Assembly: GCF_023585785.1 (NCBI RefSeq)
Contig: NZ_CP097765.1
Coordinates: forward strand, 30,001 to 62,000
Length of the DNA: 32,000 bases
Reading direction: 5' to 3'
Origin: Blochmannia endosymbiont of Camponotus modoc
Lineage (GTDB): Bacteria > Pseudomonadota > Gammaproteobacteria > Enterobacterales > Enterobacteriaceae
Part shown: piece by piece, positions 1 to 9,008 of the stretch
Numbering within the stretch: the first letter of the stretch is position 1
How the letters are laid out: each line of letters starts with the position of its first letter
Translations under genes and position numbers: made by a program
The notes under the pieces: generated by a model
Told to the model about the DNA's origin: nothing
The model's input: only the letters and a program-made list of their open reading frames with translations
Database searches by the model: none

Positions 1-1265
1 TAAAGAGTAACTATATTTAAGATGTGTTTGTGTTGGGATAAAGCAAAAATAGGTAATTTTGAATTGATACGAGACATTAATAACGTAGTACGTTCAAATT
101 CAGTCAAAACGATAATAGCACTTACTCCTGTTAGGTGATTGGCAGTATACATTGCAGATATAGCGATAGCTTCTTCGATATCATCAAATTTTTTTTTTTG
201 GTTGATGTCTGATAAAAAATTGATTTTTGAAATTTTTTCGGCACCTAAACATACATTAGCCATAGCTGCTACAGTTTCAGATGGATATTGACCTGTAGCA
301 GTTTCAGCGGATAACATAACTGCGTCAGTACCATCCAATACTGCATTAGCTACGTCCATTACTTCTGCGCGAGTAGGCATAGAATTATGAATCATAGATT
401 CCATCATTTGAGTTGCGGTAATGACTGCTCGATTAAGAGCGTGTGCTCTTTGTATTATTTTTTTTTGCACACCCACTAGTTCTGGTTCTCCAATTTCTAC
501 TCCTAAATCTCCTCGAGCTACCATTACTGCGTCTGATGCGTGAATGATATCATCTATTGTTTCGTCAGATGCAACTACTTCTGCGCGTTCTATTTTAGAA
601 ATAATTTTTGCATGACTACCAGCATCGACAATTAATTTTCGTGCACAATTTAAATCTATACTGCTACGAGGAAATGATATTGCTAGGTAGTCAACTCCAA
701 TTTGAGCCGCGGTGATAATATCAATTTTATCCTTGTTTGTTAAGACTTTCGCTGAAAGTCCTCCTCCTAATTTGTTTAAGCCTTTATTGTTGTATAACAT
801 ACCGCCAATAATTACTTTAGTATATATTTTAGTGTTATGGATTTTTATAACTTTTAATTGAATTTTCCCATCATCTAATAGAAGTAAATCTTCTGGGTGC
901 ACGTCTTGATCGAGTTCTTTGTAATCAACACCTACGCATTTGTGATTACCTTTATTATTGTTTGTCATCATGGCATCAATTAAAAAGTTATCTCCAGATT
1001 TTAAATATATTTTGTTTCCTTGAAAAGTTGAGATACGGATTTTAGGGCCTTGTAAATCTCCAAGAATAGCAATATATATACTTAGTTTGGAAGCGATTTC
1101 GCGTACTTTTTCTGCTCGGAAAAAGTGTTCTTGTGTTTTTCCATGAGAAAAATTTAGTCGTACGATATTTGCTCCTGAGATAATTATTTTTTCAAGATTG
1201 TTACCTTTATCTGTAGCAGGACCTAAAGTAGCGATAATTTTAGTTCTTCTCAATTGTTGAGACAT
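1..1265 (-). CDS. pykA: Pyruvate kinase II (C-terminus runs off the left window edge)
   Basis: Absent from the ORF track because it is truncated. Reverse-strand reading from ATG at 1265 gives [42 protein letters not shown]..., and near the edge ...[18 protein letters not shown]...[17 protein letters not shown]. Both match E. coli PykA as recalled. Confidence 0.95.
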   Translation of the reverse strand, partial: MSQQLRRTKIIATLGPATDKGNNLEKIIISGANIVRLNFSHGKTQEHFFRAEKVREIASKLSIYIAILGDLQGPKIRISTFQGNKIYLKSGDNFLIDAMMTNNNKGNHKCVGVDYKELDQDVHPEDLLLLDDGKIQLKVIKIHNTKIYTKVIIGGMLYNNKGLNKLGGGLSAKVLTNKDKIDIITAAQIGVDYLAISFPRSSIDLNCARKLIVDAGSHAKIISKIERAEVVASDETIDDIIHASDAVMVARGDLGVEIGEPELVGVQKKIIQRAHALNRAVITATQMMESMIHNSMPTRAEVMDVANAVLDGTDAVMLSAETATGQYPSETVAAMANVCLGAEKISKINFLSDINQKKKFDDIEEAIAISAMYTANHLTGVSAIIVLTEFERTTLLMSRINSKLPIFALSQHKHILNIVTL

Positions 1266-1931
1266 AATAATAGTTCCTTATGCGACTTAAATTTAAATAA
1301 TCAATATTAAAGAATGGCGATCATTAATTATGTTATTTATGTTATAATTTATGTTTATTTTATATTAAATTTTAATATACTATATGACAGTATATATATT
1401 ATAAATAGAATATTTGTTCTTGATATTTATAAAATAATTAATTAAATTTTTTGGAAATATTAGCAACATTAATGTAATAGCATCTAAGATTATAAATATT
1501 AATGATAATCTATCGATTAAATAAACACATAGATAGTTACAGTTGTGGTAGATAGGATTTTTTAATATAAAATAAACTATTCAATTATGAACAAACTTAT
1601 GATACGTTAATTCAGTTATTGCAAAATATGTATTATTATATATTTTATTAATCTTTAGGCATATTAATTTTTTGGATATGTAGTTTGATGATATATCTTA
1701 AAAAATATAAAAATGTGTTAAAAACATTGTGAAAATATAAAGACAATTAATAATCAATATTATAAATAATGTCTAATTTCTTACGGGTTGTTATTTTTAT
1801 AAACTCAAATTTAATTAGGCTACTTATTATTGTGTTTTGATTAAATATAACAAGTTTGTATTGTTATATAACCTACCTATATATGATGAATATTAGAAAC
1901 TTATATTCATTTAACATATCAGAGAATAAAT

Positions 1932-3416
1932 ATGAGATTAACATCTATCACTCAAGCATGTAATTTAATTATTTTTGGAGCAAAAGGTGATTTGGCACGC
2001 AGAAAACTGTTTCCATCATTATATCAATTAGAAAAAATAGGCGCTATTCATCCCGACACACGTATTATAGGAGTAGGCCGTGCAGAGTGGAATCTTGTTA
2101 TGTATATTGAAGTTGTATATGTTGCTTTAAAAACATTTATGCCAGATCCCATTGATGAATCGCTATGGCATGTGTTTAGAGCACGACTTGATTTTTGTAA
2201 TTTAGATGTATATCAAACTGAACGATTCGTTTTGTTGTTAGATAAGCTAAAAAGCATAGACATAGAGACAGTAAATTATCTTGCTATGCCTCCTGATACG
2301 TTTGGTGTTATATGTAAAGGGTTAAGCACCATTGGATTAAATAAAAAATCAAATCGTGTAGTTATAGAAAAACCGTTGGGTACTAATTTAGCTTCTGCTC
2401 GTATTATTAATGCGCAGATATCAGAATATTTTGAGGAAAAGCAAATTTATCGCATTGATCATTATTTAGGAAAAGAAACAGTTTTGAACTTATTGGCATT
2501 GCGTTTTGCAAATTATTTATTTTCTTCAAATTGGGATAATAATACTATTGATCACGTGCAGATCACTGTGGCGGAAGAAGTAGGTATTGAAGGTCGTTGG
2601 AAATATTTTGATTCGGTAGGGCAAATGCGTGATATGATACAAAGTCATTTATTACAGATTTTGACTATCATAGCTATGTCACCCCCAACTGATTTAAGCG
2701 CTGATTGTATTCGAGATGAAAAAGTTAAAGTGCTTCATTCGTTGAGGAAAATTAGTTGTAATAATGTACATGATGTTACGGTGCGCGGACAATATACGGC
2801 TGGTTTTATTCAAGGGAAACCAGTGCCTGGTTATTTAGAAGAAGAAGGGGCTAATAAAAGCAGCAATACTGAAACATTTGTATCTATTTGTGTCAACATA
2901 GATGATTGGCGTTGGACTGGTGTTCCATTTTATCTACGTACTGGGAAAAGGTTACCAATTAAATGTTCTGAAATTGTAATTTTTTTTAAAAAACCAATGA
3001 TTAATTTATTTCCTGATTCGTATAAAGACTTGCCTAACAATAAGTTGACTATTCGATTACAGCCAGACGAAGGGATAGATATTCAGATTTTGAATAAAGT
3101 ACCCGGATTAGGCCATAAACATCAATTACATACTACCAAATTAAATTTAAGTTTTTATAAAGATTTTTGTCCAGAACATGTAGTCGATGCATATGAACGA
3201 TTATTGTTAGAGACTATGCGCGGTATCCAAGCATTATTTGTTCGTTGTGATGAAATAGAAGGTGCTTGGAAATGGGTTGATTCTATTGTGCAAGCTTGGG
3301 AATTGGAAAATAATGCCCCTAAGCTTTATCAAGCTGGTACTTGGGGCCCTACAGATTCTGTAACTATGATTGCTAAAGATGGTCGTTTTTGGAATGAATA
3401 TAAATTTTATACGTAA
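1932..3416 (+). CDS. zwf: Glucose-6-phosphate 1-dehydrogenase
   Basis: 494-aa ORF with IIFGAKGDLARRKLFPSLYQLEKIG, RIDHYLGKETVLNLLALRFAN, GQYTAGFIQGKPVPGYLEEEGANKSSNTETF; near full-length similarity to E. coli Zwf. Confidence 0.97.
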   Translation: MRLTSITQACNLIIFGAKGDLARRKLFPSLYQLEKIGAIHPDTRIIGVGRAEWNLVMYIEVVYVALKTFMPDPIDESLWHVFRARLDFCNLDVYQTERFVLLLDKLKSIDIETVNYLAMPPDTFGVICKGLSTIGLNKKSNRVVIEKPLGTNLASARIINAQISEYFEEKQIYRIDHYLGKETVLNLLALRFANYLFSSNWDNNTIDHVQITVAEEVGIEGRWKYFDSVGQMRDMIQSHLLQILTIIAMSPPTDLSADCIRDEKVKVLHSLRKISCNNVHDVTVRGQYTAGFIQGKPVPGYLEEEGANKSSNTETFVSICVNIDDWRWTGVPFYLRTGKRLPIKCSEIVIFFKKPMINLFPDSYKDLPNNKLTIRLQPDEGIDIQILNKVPGLGHKHQLHTTKLNLSFYKDFCPEHVVDAYERLLLETMRGIQALFVRCDEIEGAWKWVDSIVQAWELENNAPKLYQAGTWGPTDSVTMIAKDGRFWNEYKFYT

Positions 3417-3649
3417 TGATTTCATATATTATAGTGATCATTAATTTGTTTATTCTAATTAATAGAAGTTTAAAATTTTTTTATTTTTGAAAAAAGATAT
3501 TTGTAATAATTAGACGTTTTTAATTGTTTAAAACATTAATATAGAAATGTTTTTATTGTACATAAAAGATTCTTAAAAATTGAAATTATCTATATCACTA
3601 GATATTGTTTAAATATTTAGGTTTTTTAGTAAAAAGGAAGATGGTTTTT

Positions 3650-4585
3650 ATGATGCGTATTATATTATTTTTAATTACTAATTTATCAGTAATGATATTA
3701 TTTGGTAGTATATTGAGCTTACTGGGATGTTGGTCTTCTACTACATTTGAATTAATGAGAATGGCTGGAATATTTGGTTTCGGAGGAGCGTTTATTTCGC
3801 TATTATTATCTAAATCTATAGCTTTATCTGCAGTTAATGGTTTGATCATTAGTCAAGCATCTAATGATGTAGAACATTTATTATTGAAAATAATACATGG
3901 TCAGGCTAAGCAATTAGATATTGTTCCGCCACAGTTGGCTATTTACGATTCTATAGATATGAATGCTTTTGCTACGGGAGCAAGAAGAAATTCGGCATTA
4001 ATAGCCGTTAGTACTGGTCTCTTGAAAAATATGAATCAAGAGTCAATTGAGGCTGTTGTTGCTCATGAAATGAATCATATCGCTTCCGGAGATATGATTA
4101 CTATGACTCTTATTCAAGGTATAATTAATACTTTTGTGATTTTTGTATCGCGTAGTCTTACCGCGATGATCTTTTATTGGACTTCGTTTATAAATGACCA
4201 AAATGATGAGCAGCTTGATATCCGTAGCAGTAATCATTGTGATATAAATAATTCTATAGTGTATATTATTGTATCAACGATTTTAGAAGTTTTGTTCGGT
4301 ATGTTTGCTAGCATCATCGTGTTTTGGTTTTCTCGTCATCGTGAATTTTACGCGGATGCTGGTGCCGCTAAATTAGTAGGATGCAGAAATGTTATTACTG
4401 CCTTACAAGAATTAAAATATAGTCATACACTTAACATGTCTAATAATATTACTACTTTGTATATTAATAGTGTAAAAAAAAGTATATTAAGTGATTTATT
4501 CGCATCTCATCCTTCTTTAGATAAGAGGATAGAAGCATTACAACATGGTACTTATTTGAATAAGTCGTCTTATTTTTTTAAATAA
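3650..4585 (+). CDS. htpX: Membrane zinc metalloprotease HtpX
   Basis: The MMRIILFLITNLSVMILFG N-terminus matches E. coli HtpX. HExxH motif present (AHEMNH), plus FSRHREFYADAGAAKLVG. The track ORF begins at an upstream TTG (3605); ATG at 3650 after an AGGAAG-like ribosome site is preferred. Confidence 0.95.
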   Translation: MMRIILFLITNLSVMILFGSILSLLGCWSSTTFELMRMAGIFGFGGAFISLLLSKSIALSAVNGLIISQASNDVEHLLLKIIHGQAKQLDIVPPQLAIYDSIDMNAFATGARRNSALIAVSTGLLKNMNQESIEAVVAHEMNHIASGDMITMTLIQGIINTFVIFVSRSLTAMIFYWTSFINDQNDEQLDIRSSNHCDINNSIVYIIVSTILEVLFGMFASIIVFWFSRHREFYADAGAAKLVGCRNVITALQELKYSHTLNMSNNITTLYINSVKKSILSDLFASHPSLDKRIEALQHGTYLNKSSYFFK

Positions 4586-4977
4586 ATAACTTTGATTAAA
4601 GATGAAAATGATTGTTTTTATGAGTTTATGTAAAGGGTTATGTGTCGTATGATTTACAAAGTAAAAAATAAATGCTATCTTATCCGTAGCATTTAGCGTG
4701 AACACAATGTTTTTATAGAAATTTTTATTTTAATTTCATTATGTTCTAAAATAACGAAAAAATTTGTTTTGTTTTTAGCTTTTATATGATAGAAATAGTA
4801 GTGTAGAGTAGTTCTGTATTTATATGTAAAAATTTTTAGATATTATGATTAATTGAATAAATTGGTTTACATAGTGAGTGCGTTGAATTGCAGCATTACT
4901 TCAGTATGTCTTTGCATTATTTTCATCAATGATGATAGTGAAAATATGAATGAAAGATTTTTATATATTATTAGTAG

Positions 4978-5005
4978 GATCACTTAATCCTATGATTAAG
5001 TGATC
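4978..5005. repeat. Perfect 12-bp inverted repeat with 4-nt loop in the htpX-cspC spacer
   Basis: GATCACTTAATC (4978-4989), CTAT, GATTAAGTGATC (4994-5005). Confidence 0.85.
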
Positions 5006-5189
5006 AAATGTCAGGTAAACCGAGATATGCTTCCGTATATAAGTAGTATTTTGATAACTTCAGTAAAGAAGTGTTATGTATGAATAATATAATTTCCTCT
5101 TATTTGAATGTTTCACGAGAATAATAACTCTGGTTTGTCTTTTAATCGCTGTTACGGCAAATGTAAACACTCTAAAGGAAATACGTAAG

Positions 5190-5399
5190 ATGGCAAAAAT
5201 TAAAGGTCAAGTAAAATGGTTTAATGAATCTAAAGGTTTTGGTTTTATTACACCGTCAGATGGTAGTAAAGATGTATTTGTACATTTTTCTGCTATTCAA
5301 GGAAATGGATTTAAGACTTTGTCTGAAGGACAAAGCGTAGAATTTGAAATTCAAGATGGACACAAAGGTCCATCTGCTGTAAACGTGACGGCTTTATGA
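5190..5399 (+). CDS. cspC: Cold shock-like protein CspC
   Basis: 69 aa, [44 protein letters not shown]..., nearly identical to E. coli CspC. Confidence 0.96.
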   Translation: MAKIKGQVKWFNESKGFGFITPSDGSKDVFVHFSAIQGNGFKTLSEGQSVEFEIQDGHKGPSAVNVTAL

Positions 5400-5622
5400 T
5401 ATATGATGATTAATGTGTGTGTATTTGTATAAAATAAGGGTATTTTGAAAAAACAGCGAGTATCATAGTACAAATTTACTGTTGATGTGAAATACATAGT
5501 ACTTTTTTAAAGTTTAAGAATGTGTATAGGTACATAAGATAAGATGCGGTACTAATGTGTTAATTTAGTAATTTTGGTAAAGATCTTAAAATAATGGATG
5601 ATGGTTACTGCTGTGATAGTGT

Positions 5623-5712
5623 GTTAGAGCTACAAAAAAATAAGAGAACCTTTTATTAATATTAAATAATATTTTTACTTCTTAGGTTCTCTTATTTTTT
5701 TGTAGCTCTAAC
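5623..5712. terminator. Bidirectional intrinsic terminator between convergent cspC and manZ, inside a perfect 29-bp inverted repeat
   Basis: Arm 5623-5651 GTTAGAGCTACAAAAAAATAAGAGAACCT is the exact reverse complement of 5684-5712 AGGTTCTCTTATTTTTTTGTAGCTCTAAC. The inner 11-bp stem is flanked by T7 in both directions. Confidence 0.85.
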
Positions 5713-5720
5713 TTTCTTGT

Positions 5721-6587
5721 TTAAAGACCTAATAATCCTGTCCAGTATCCAACAATTCCGATCCCAAAAAATCCTATAATAATCCATAGTGCATTTACTT
5801 TCTTATTCAGTAACCACATGCAAGCAAACGTTAATAATAAAGGAACGAATCCAGGCATGAGCTGATCTAAAATATTTTGTATAGTTGTGACTACTGTATT
5901 CCCATCATTATCAGTAATTTTAGACAGTACGCATGGTATGTTTACATGTGTCCATTTGTTAACTAATGCTCCCATAACAAATAAACCTAAAATTGAAGAA
6001 CCTTCTGTCAATTTTTGCAAAACCCCTCCTTCCATATCATTAACAATGCTGATTCCTTTTTTATAACCATATGTAATGCCATAATAACGAGTAGCTAGTC
6101 TAGCTGTGTTGAATAAAATAAAAAATAGACACGGACCTAGTAAATTCCCCCCTATAGCGATTCCTGCTCCTAGAGCAGCAAATACTGGTCTAGCAGTTCC
6201 CCAAAATATCGGATCACCTACTCCAGCCAAAGGCCCCATTAGTCCTACTTTTAAACCATTGATAGAAGCATTATTTATAGTAGTAGCACCATTAGCTTTT
6301 TGTTCCTCCATGGCCATAGTGACTCCTAATATAGGCGCAGCAACATATGGGTGTGTATTAAAAAATTCTAAATGTCGTTTAATTGCCTCTTTTTGATCTT
6401 TGCTATTTTTTGGGTATAAACGTCGGATTACTGGAATCATAGAAAAACAAAATCCTAATGCTTGCATACGTTCAAAATTCCAAGATCCTTGAAAAATATT
6501 AGAACGAATAAAAACTGCACGTATATCATTTTTCTTTAATTTTATTGTTTTTGTTTTAGTGTAGATTTTTTGAGGATTATTAATCAT
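5721..6587 (-). CDS. manZ: PTS mannose-family transporter subunit IID
   Basis: FLRSN-like N-terminus, GSWNFERMQALGFCFSMIPVIRRLYP, GLMGPLAGVGDPIFWGT, QKLTEGSSILGLFVMGALVNKWTHVNIP; adjacent to manY and manX. Confidence 0.96.
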   Translation of the reverse strand: MINNPQKIYTKTKTIKLKKNDIRAVFIRSNIFQGSWNFERMQALGFCFSMIPVIRRLYPKNSKDQKEAIKRHLEFFNTHPYVAAPILGVTMAMEEQKANGATTINNASINGLKVGLMGPLAGVGDPIFWGTARPVFAALGAGIAIGGNLLGPCLFFILFNTARLATRYYGITYGYKKGISIVNDMEGGVLQKLTEGSSILGLFVMGALVNKWTHVNIPCVLSKITDNDGNTVVTTIQNILDQLMPGFVPLLLTFACMWLLNKKVNALWIIIGFFGIGIVGYWTGLLGL

Positions 6588-6613
6588 TATGATTACCTAT
6601 TAATCTAGTCTTA

Positions 6614-7423
6614 TTAATCTAGTTCATCATCAAGTTTACTTGCGGATTGAACAGTTGGGTTAGAAAGATTTTGATTTTTAACTTGATTATAACGTGGAGA
6701 TAATTGAATGTATAGGATGGCCATAATTATACCAATGATACCCAATGCGACTAAATTGAAATCGGTAAAGGCTGTAATAACAAATCCTAAATAAAAAAAT
6801 GGCATTAAATATCCGGTGCGCATCATATTTATAACCATAGCATAACCAACTACAACAATAATACCTCCAGCAATATTTAAACCGTTAGTTATCACTTCTG
6901 GAATAGCATGGAGCATAGAGTGTACCGTTTCAGTTCCAACAGAAACTCCAACAATAGTAGCTGGAATTGAAACTCGCATAGCTTGTAACATGAGAGCTGT
7001 AATATGAATCCAACTTAAAATTCTTATGTTACAGTGTTCAGCTGCTTTATCAGCGGCGTGTTGAAATGCTACAGTAATAGTGCGCACAATAATGGTTAAT
7101 ACTTGTCCGGTAGCGGCTAATGGAATTGCTAAAGCGATTCCTGATCCGATGGATTGTTGCCCCATAATGACCAAAATAGTAGAGATAATTGAAGCTAAAG
7201 CAGTATCGGGTGCTACGGCAGCTCCTATATTCATCCATCCTAGTGCTATCATTTCTAGCGTGCCTCCAATAATGATTCCAGTTTTTATATCTCCTAAAAT
7301 TAATCCAGTTAGAGTACATGCTATTAACGGTCTATGACATTGAAATTCGTCAAGTATCGAGCCCATTCCGATAATACAAGACGTAATAAACAATAAAATA
7401 ATTTGAAGTGTGTTAATTTCCAT
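6614..7423 (-). CDS. manY: PTS mannose-family transporter subunit IIC
   Basis: MGSILDEFQCHRPLIACTLTGLILGDIKTGIIIGGTLEMIALGWMNIGAAVAPD, matching ManY; operon context. Confidence 0.96.
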   Translation of the reverse strand: MEINTLQIILLFITSCIIGMGSILDEFQCHRPLIACTLTGLILGDIKTGIIIGGTLEMIALGWMNIGAAVAPDTALASIISTILVIMGQQSIGSGIALAIPLAATGQVLTIIVRTITVAFQHAADKAAEHCNIRILSWIHITALMLQAMRVSIPATIVGVSVGTETVHSMLHAIPEVITNGLNIAGGIIVVVGYAMVINMMRTGYLMPFFYLGFVITAFTDFNLVALGIIGIIMAILYIQLSPRYNQVKNQNLSNPTVQSASKLDDELD

Positions 7424-7498
7424 CTCATTTCCTGAATATATGAAAATAAAATATAGTGTTTACATGAATTTATTAAATAAAATTGTATATTTAATTAA

Positions 7499-8473
7499 TT
7501 AGGAATTATTTATTTTTTTTATTAATTGCATCATTTTTAATGATGGATCTGATGGCACTTTACGTACTTCTAATTCAATGCCATATTGATCTAGTTTTTT
7601 AAAAGCTTCAATATCTGTGTTATTTACTGATATAGCATTATTTATTTGTTTTTTATCTTTATAAAAAGCCATGCCCCCAATATTTACGGAATTAATAGGC
7701 ACGCCACCTTCAAAAAGACGTAAAACATCTGTAGGATTAGTGAATAACATTATAACTTTATCTCCGGCATATTTAGGATTATTGTATACGCGTATAGTTT
7801 TATTGATATCTAAAACATGAGCAGTTATTCCAGGAGGACTTACTTGAGTAAGTAAAGTTTTTCGGATCATATCTTTAGATACTTCGTCGTTTACTACTAT
7901 AATACGTTTAATATTGTATTCTTTAGCCCAACAAGTTACTACTTGTCCATGAATCAATCTATCGTCAATACGTGCCAAGCAAATGATCATATGATTTTTG
8001 TTATTTTTATCTGATAATTTAGGTGCAGCAGTGTGTTTAGTAATATCTTTTTCATCATATAAATGGTTGTTAGTTAATGAATATTTTACTGATTTTATGC
8101 TTTCATTACCCGATTTTAATGCTATTTGTATTAGTTCTTGAAAGGAATGGACATTGTCGCGTTCCATGAAAACTTCTATTAACATAGGGATGTTCATGCC
8201 TGTAACAATATCGTATTTTTCTTTATTTAACACGATATCATGAGCGGCATTAAATGGGCTCCCCCCCCAAGTATCCACCAAAAATAATACCCCTGCGCTT
8301 TTGTTAAGATTTGATAGATGTGCATGATATTTTTCAATTAATATTTTAGTATTTTCTTCGGGCAATAGATCAACCCATGCAACATTTTGTTGTTTTCCTA
8401 TGATCATTTCAGTGGTTTCAATCAATTTTTTAGATACAGAACCATGGGCTCCTAATATTATAGCAATAGTCAC
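7499..8473 (-). CDS. manX: PTS mannose-family transporter subunit IIAB (GTG start)
   Basis: MTIAIILGAHG with His10 (IIA), DTWGGSPFNAA, and RLIHGQV with the IIB histidine; 324 aa; GTG start at 8473 with GAGGG upstream. Confidence 0.96.
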   Translation of the reverse strand: MTIAIILGAHGSVSKKLIETTEMIIGKQQNVAWVDLLPEENTKILIEKYHAHLSNLNKSAGVLFLVDTWGGSPFNAAHDIVLNKEKYDIVTGMNIPMLIEVFMERDNVHSFQELIQIALKSGNESIKSVKYSLTNNHLYDEKDITKHTAAPKLSDKNNKNHMIICLARIDDRLIHGQVVTCWAKEYNIKRIIVVNDEVSKDMIRKTLLTQVSPPGITAHVLDINKTIRVYNNPKYAGDKVIMLFTNPTDVLRLFEGGVPINSVNIGGMAFYKDKKQINNAISVNNTDIEAFKKLDQYGIELEVRKVPSDPSLKMMQLIKKINNS

Positions 8474-8499
8474 TACTTTTCCCTCTTTTGTGTGTTTTT

Positions 8500-8544
8500 A
8501 ACAATTCCTTATTATTTTAATTTTTAAAACAATAAGGAATTGTT
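8500..8544. repeat. Perfect 14-bp inverted repeat in the manX 5' leader region
   Basis: AACAATTCCTTATT (8500-8513) / AATAAGGAATTGTT (8531-8544), 17-nt loop, 26 nt upstream of the manX GTG start. Confidence 0.85.
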
Positions 8545-9008
8545 TTTAATGTTATCGTATATAGGTTAACATTGTTTTGATATGTAAAAGTAAAAATTGT
8601 ATCACTATAACAGTTTAAATTATTTTCTGATTTTTTGTTTCAGCTAGTAGACAATACAGAATTAAAATAAACTTAATGTACTGCAAAAAATAAACGAGTA
8701 TATTATACTGTCTTTTTTGTCATAATGATACATTATCCTTAATATTAAAGTATTTATTTTCAATAATTTGAAGAGATATTTTATGTTATCCCATAAAAAT
8801 GGTCTTATTATGTAAGTGATATCCACATAATTTATGGTCATACATAATATATTTTTAATTTTTATCAACACTCTCCTCTACACAAACTTGTATTTTGATC
8901 GGGTTTAATTTATTGCTGACAACTTCATTATGTAATCAGATATTTTAATATGTTTAATATAAATATGCCATGAGACGATTTGCTATCTAATGTTCAATGG
9001 AGATTATC

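Noticed and set aside
3598-3849. 83-aa minus-strand ORF over the htpX 5' end, and similar antisense ORFs (3234..3425, 4043..4237, 6106..6396, 7080..7337, 8987..9292, 9353..9541, 12519..12731, 14076..14300, 14337..14573, 17869..18084, 18877..19275, 19239..19436, 25905..26087, 27739..27990, 29929..30210, 30052..30279, 30721..30912)
   Set aside because: All overlap, wholly or largely, well-supported genes in other frames and show no independent homology.
5080-5124. 15-codon ORF upstream of cspC, considered as a yobF equivalent
   Set aside because: [14 protein letters not shown] has no convincing similarity to YobF; position alone is not enough.
7050-7319. 89-aa minus-strand ORF in the track
   Set aside because: Lies inside manY in another frame, with no recognisable family; shadow ORF.
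7499-8473. Possible frameshift at the G8 tract of manX
   Set aside because: The reading frame is continuous through TWGGSP and matches ManX on both sides, so the gene is intact as sequenced.
8662-8871. 69-aa minus-strand ORF between manX and yoaE
   Set aside because: GTG start, composition dominated by Ile/Leu/Lys/Tyr as expected from random AT-rich sequence, no recognised motif; not supported as a gene.
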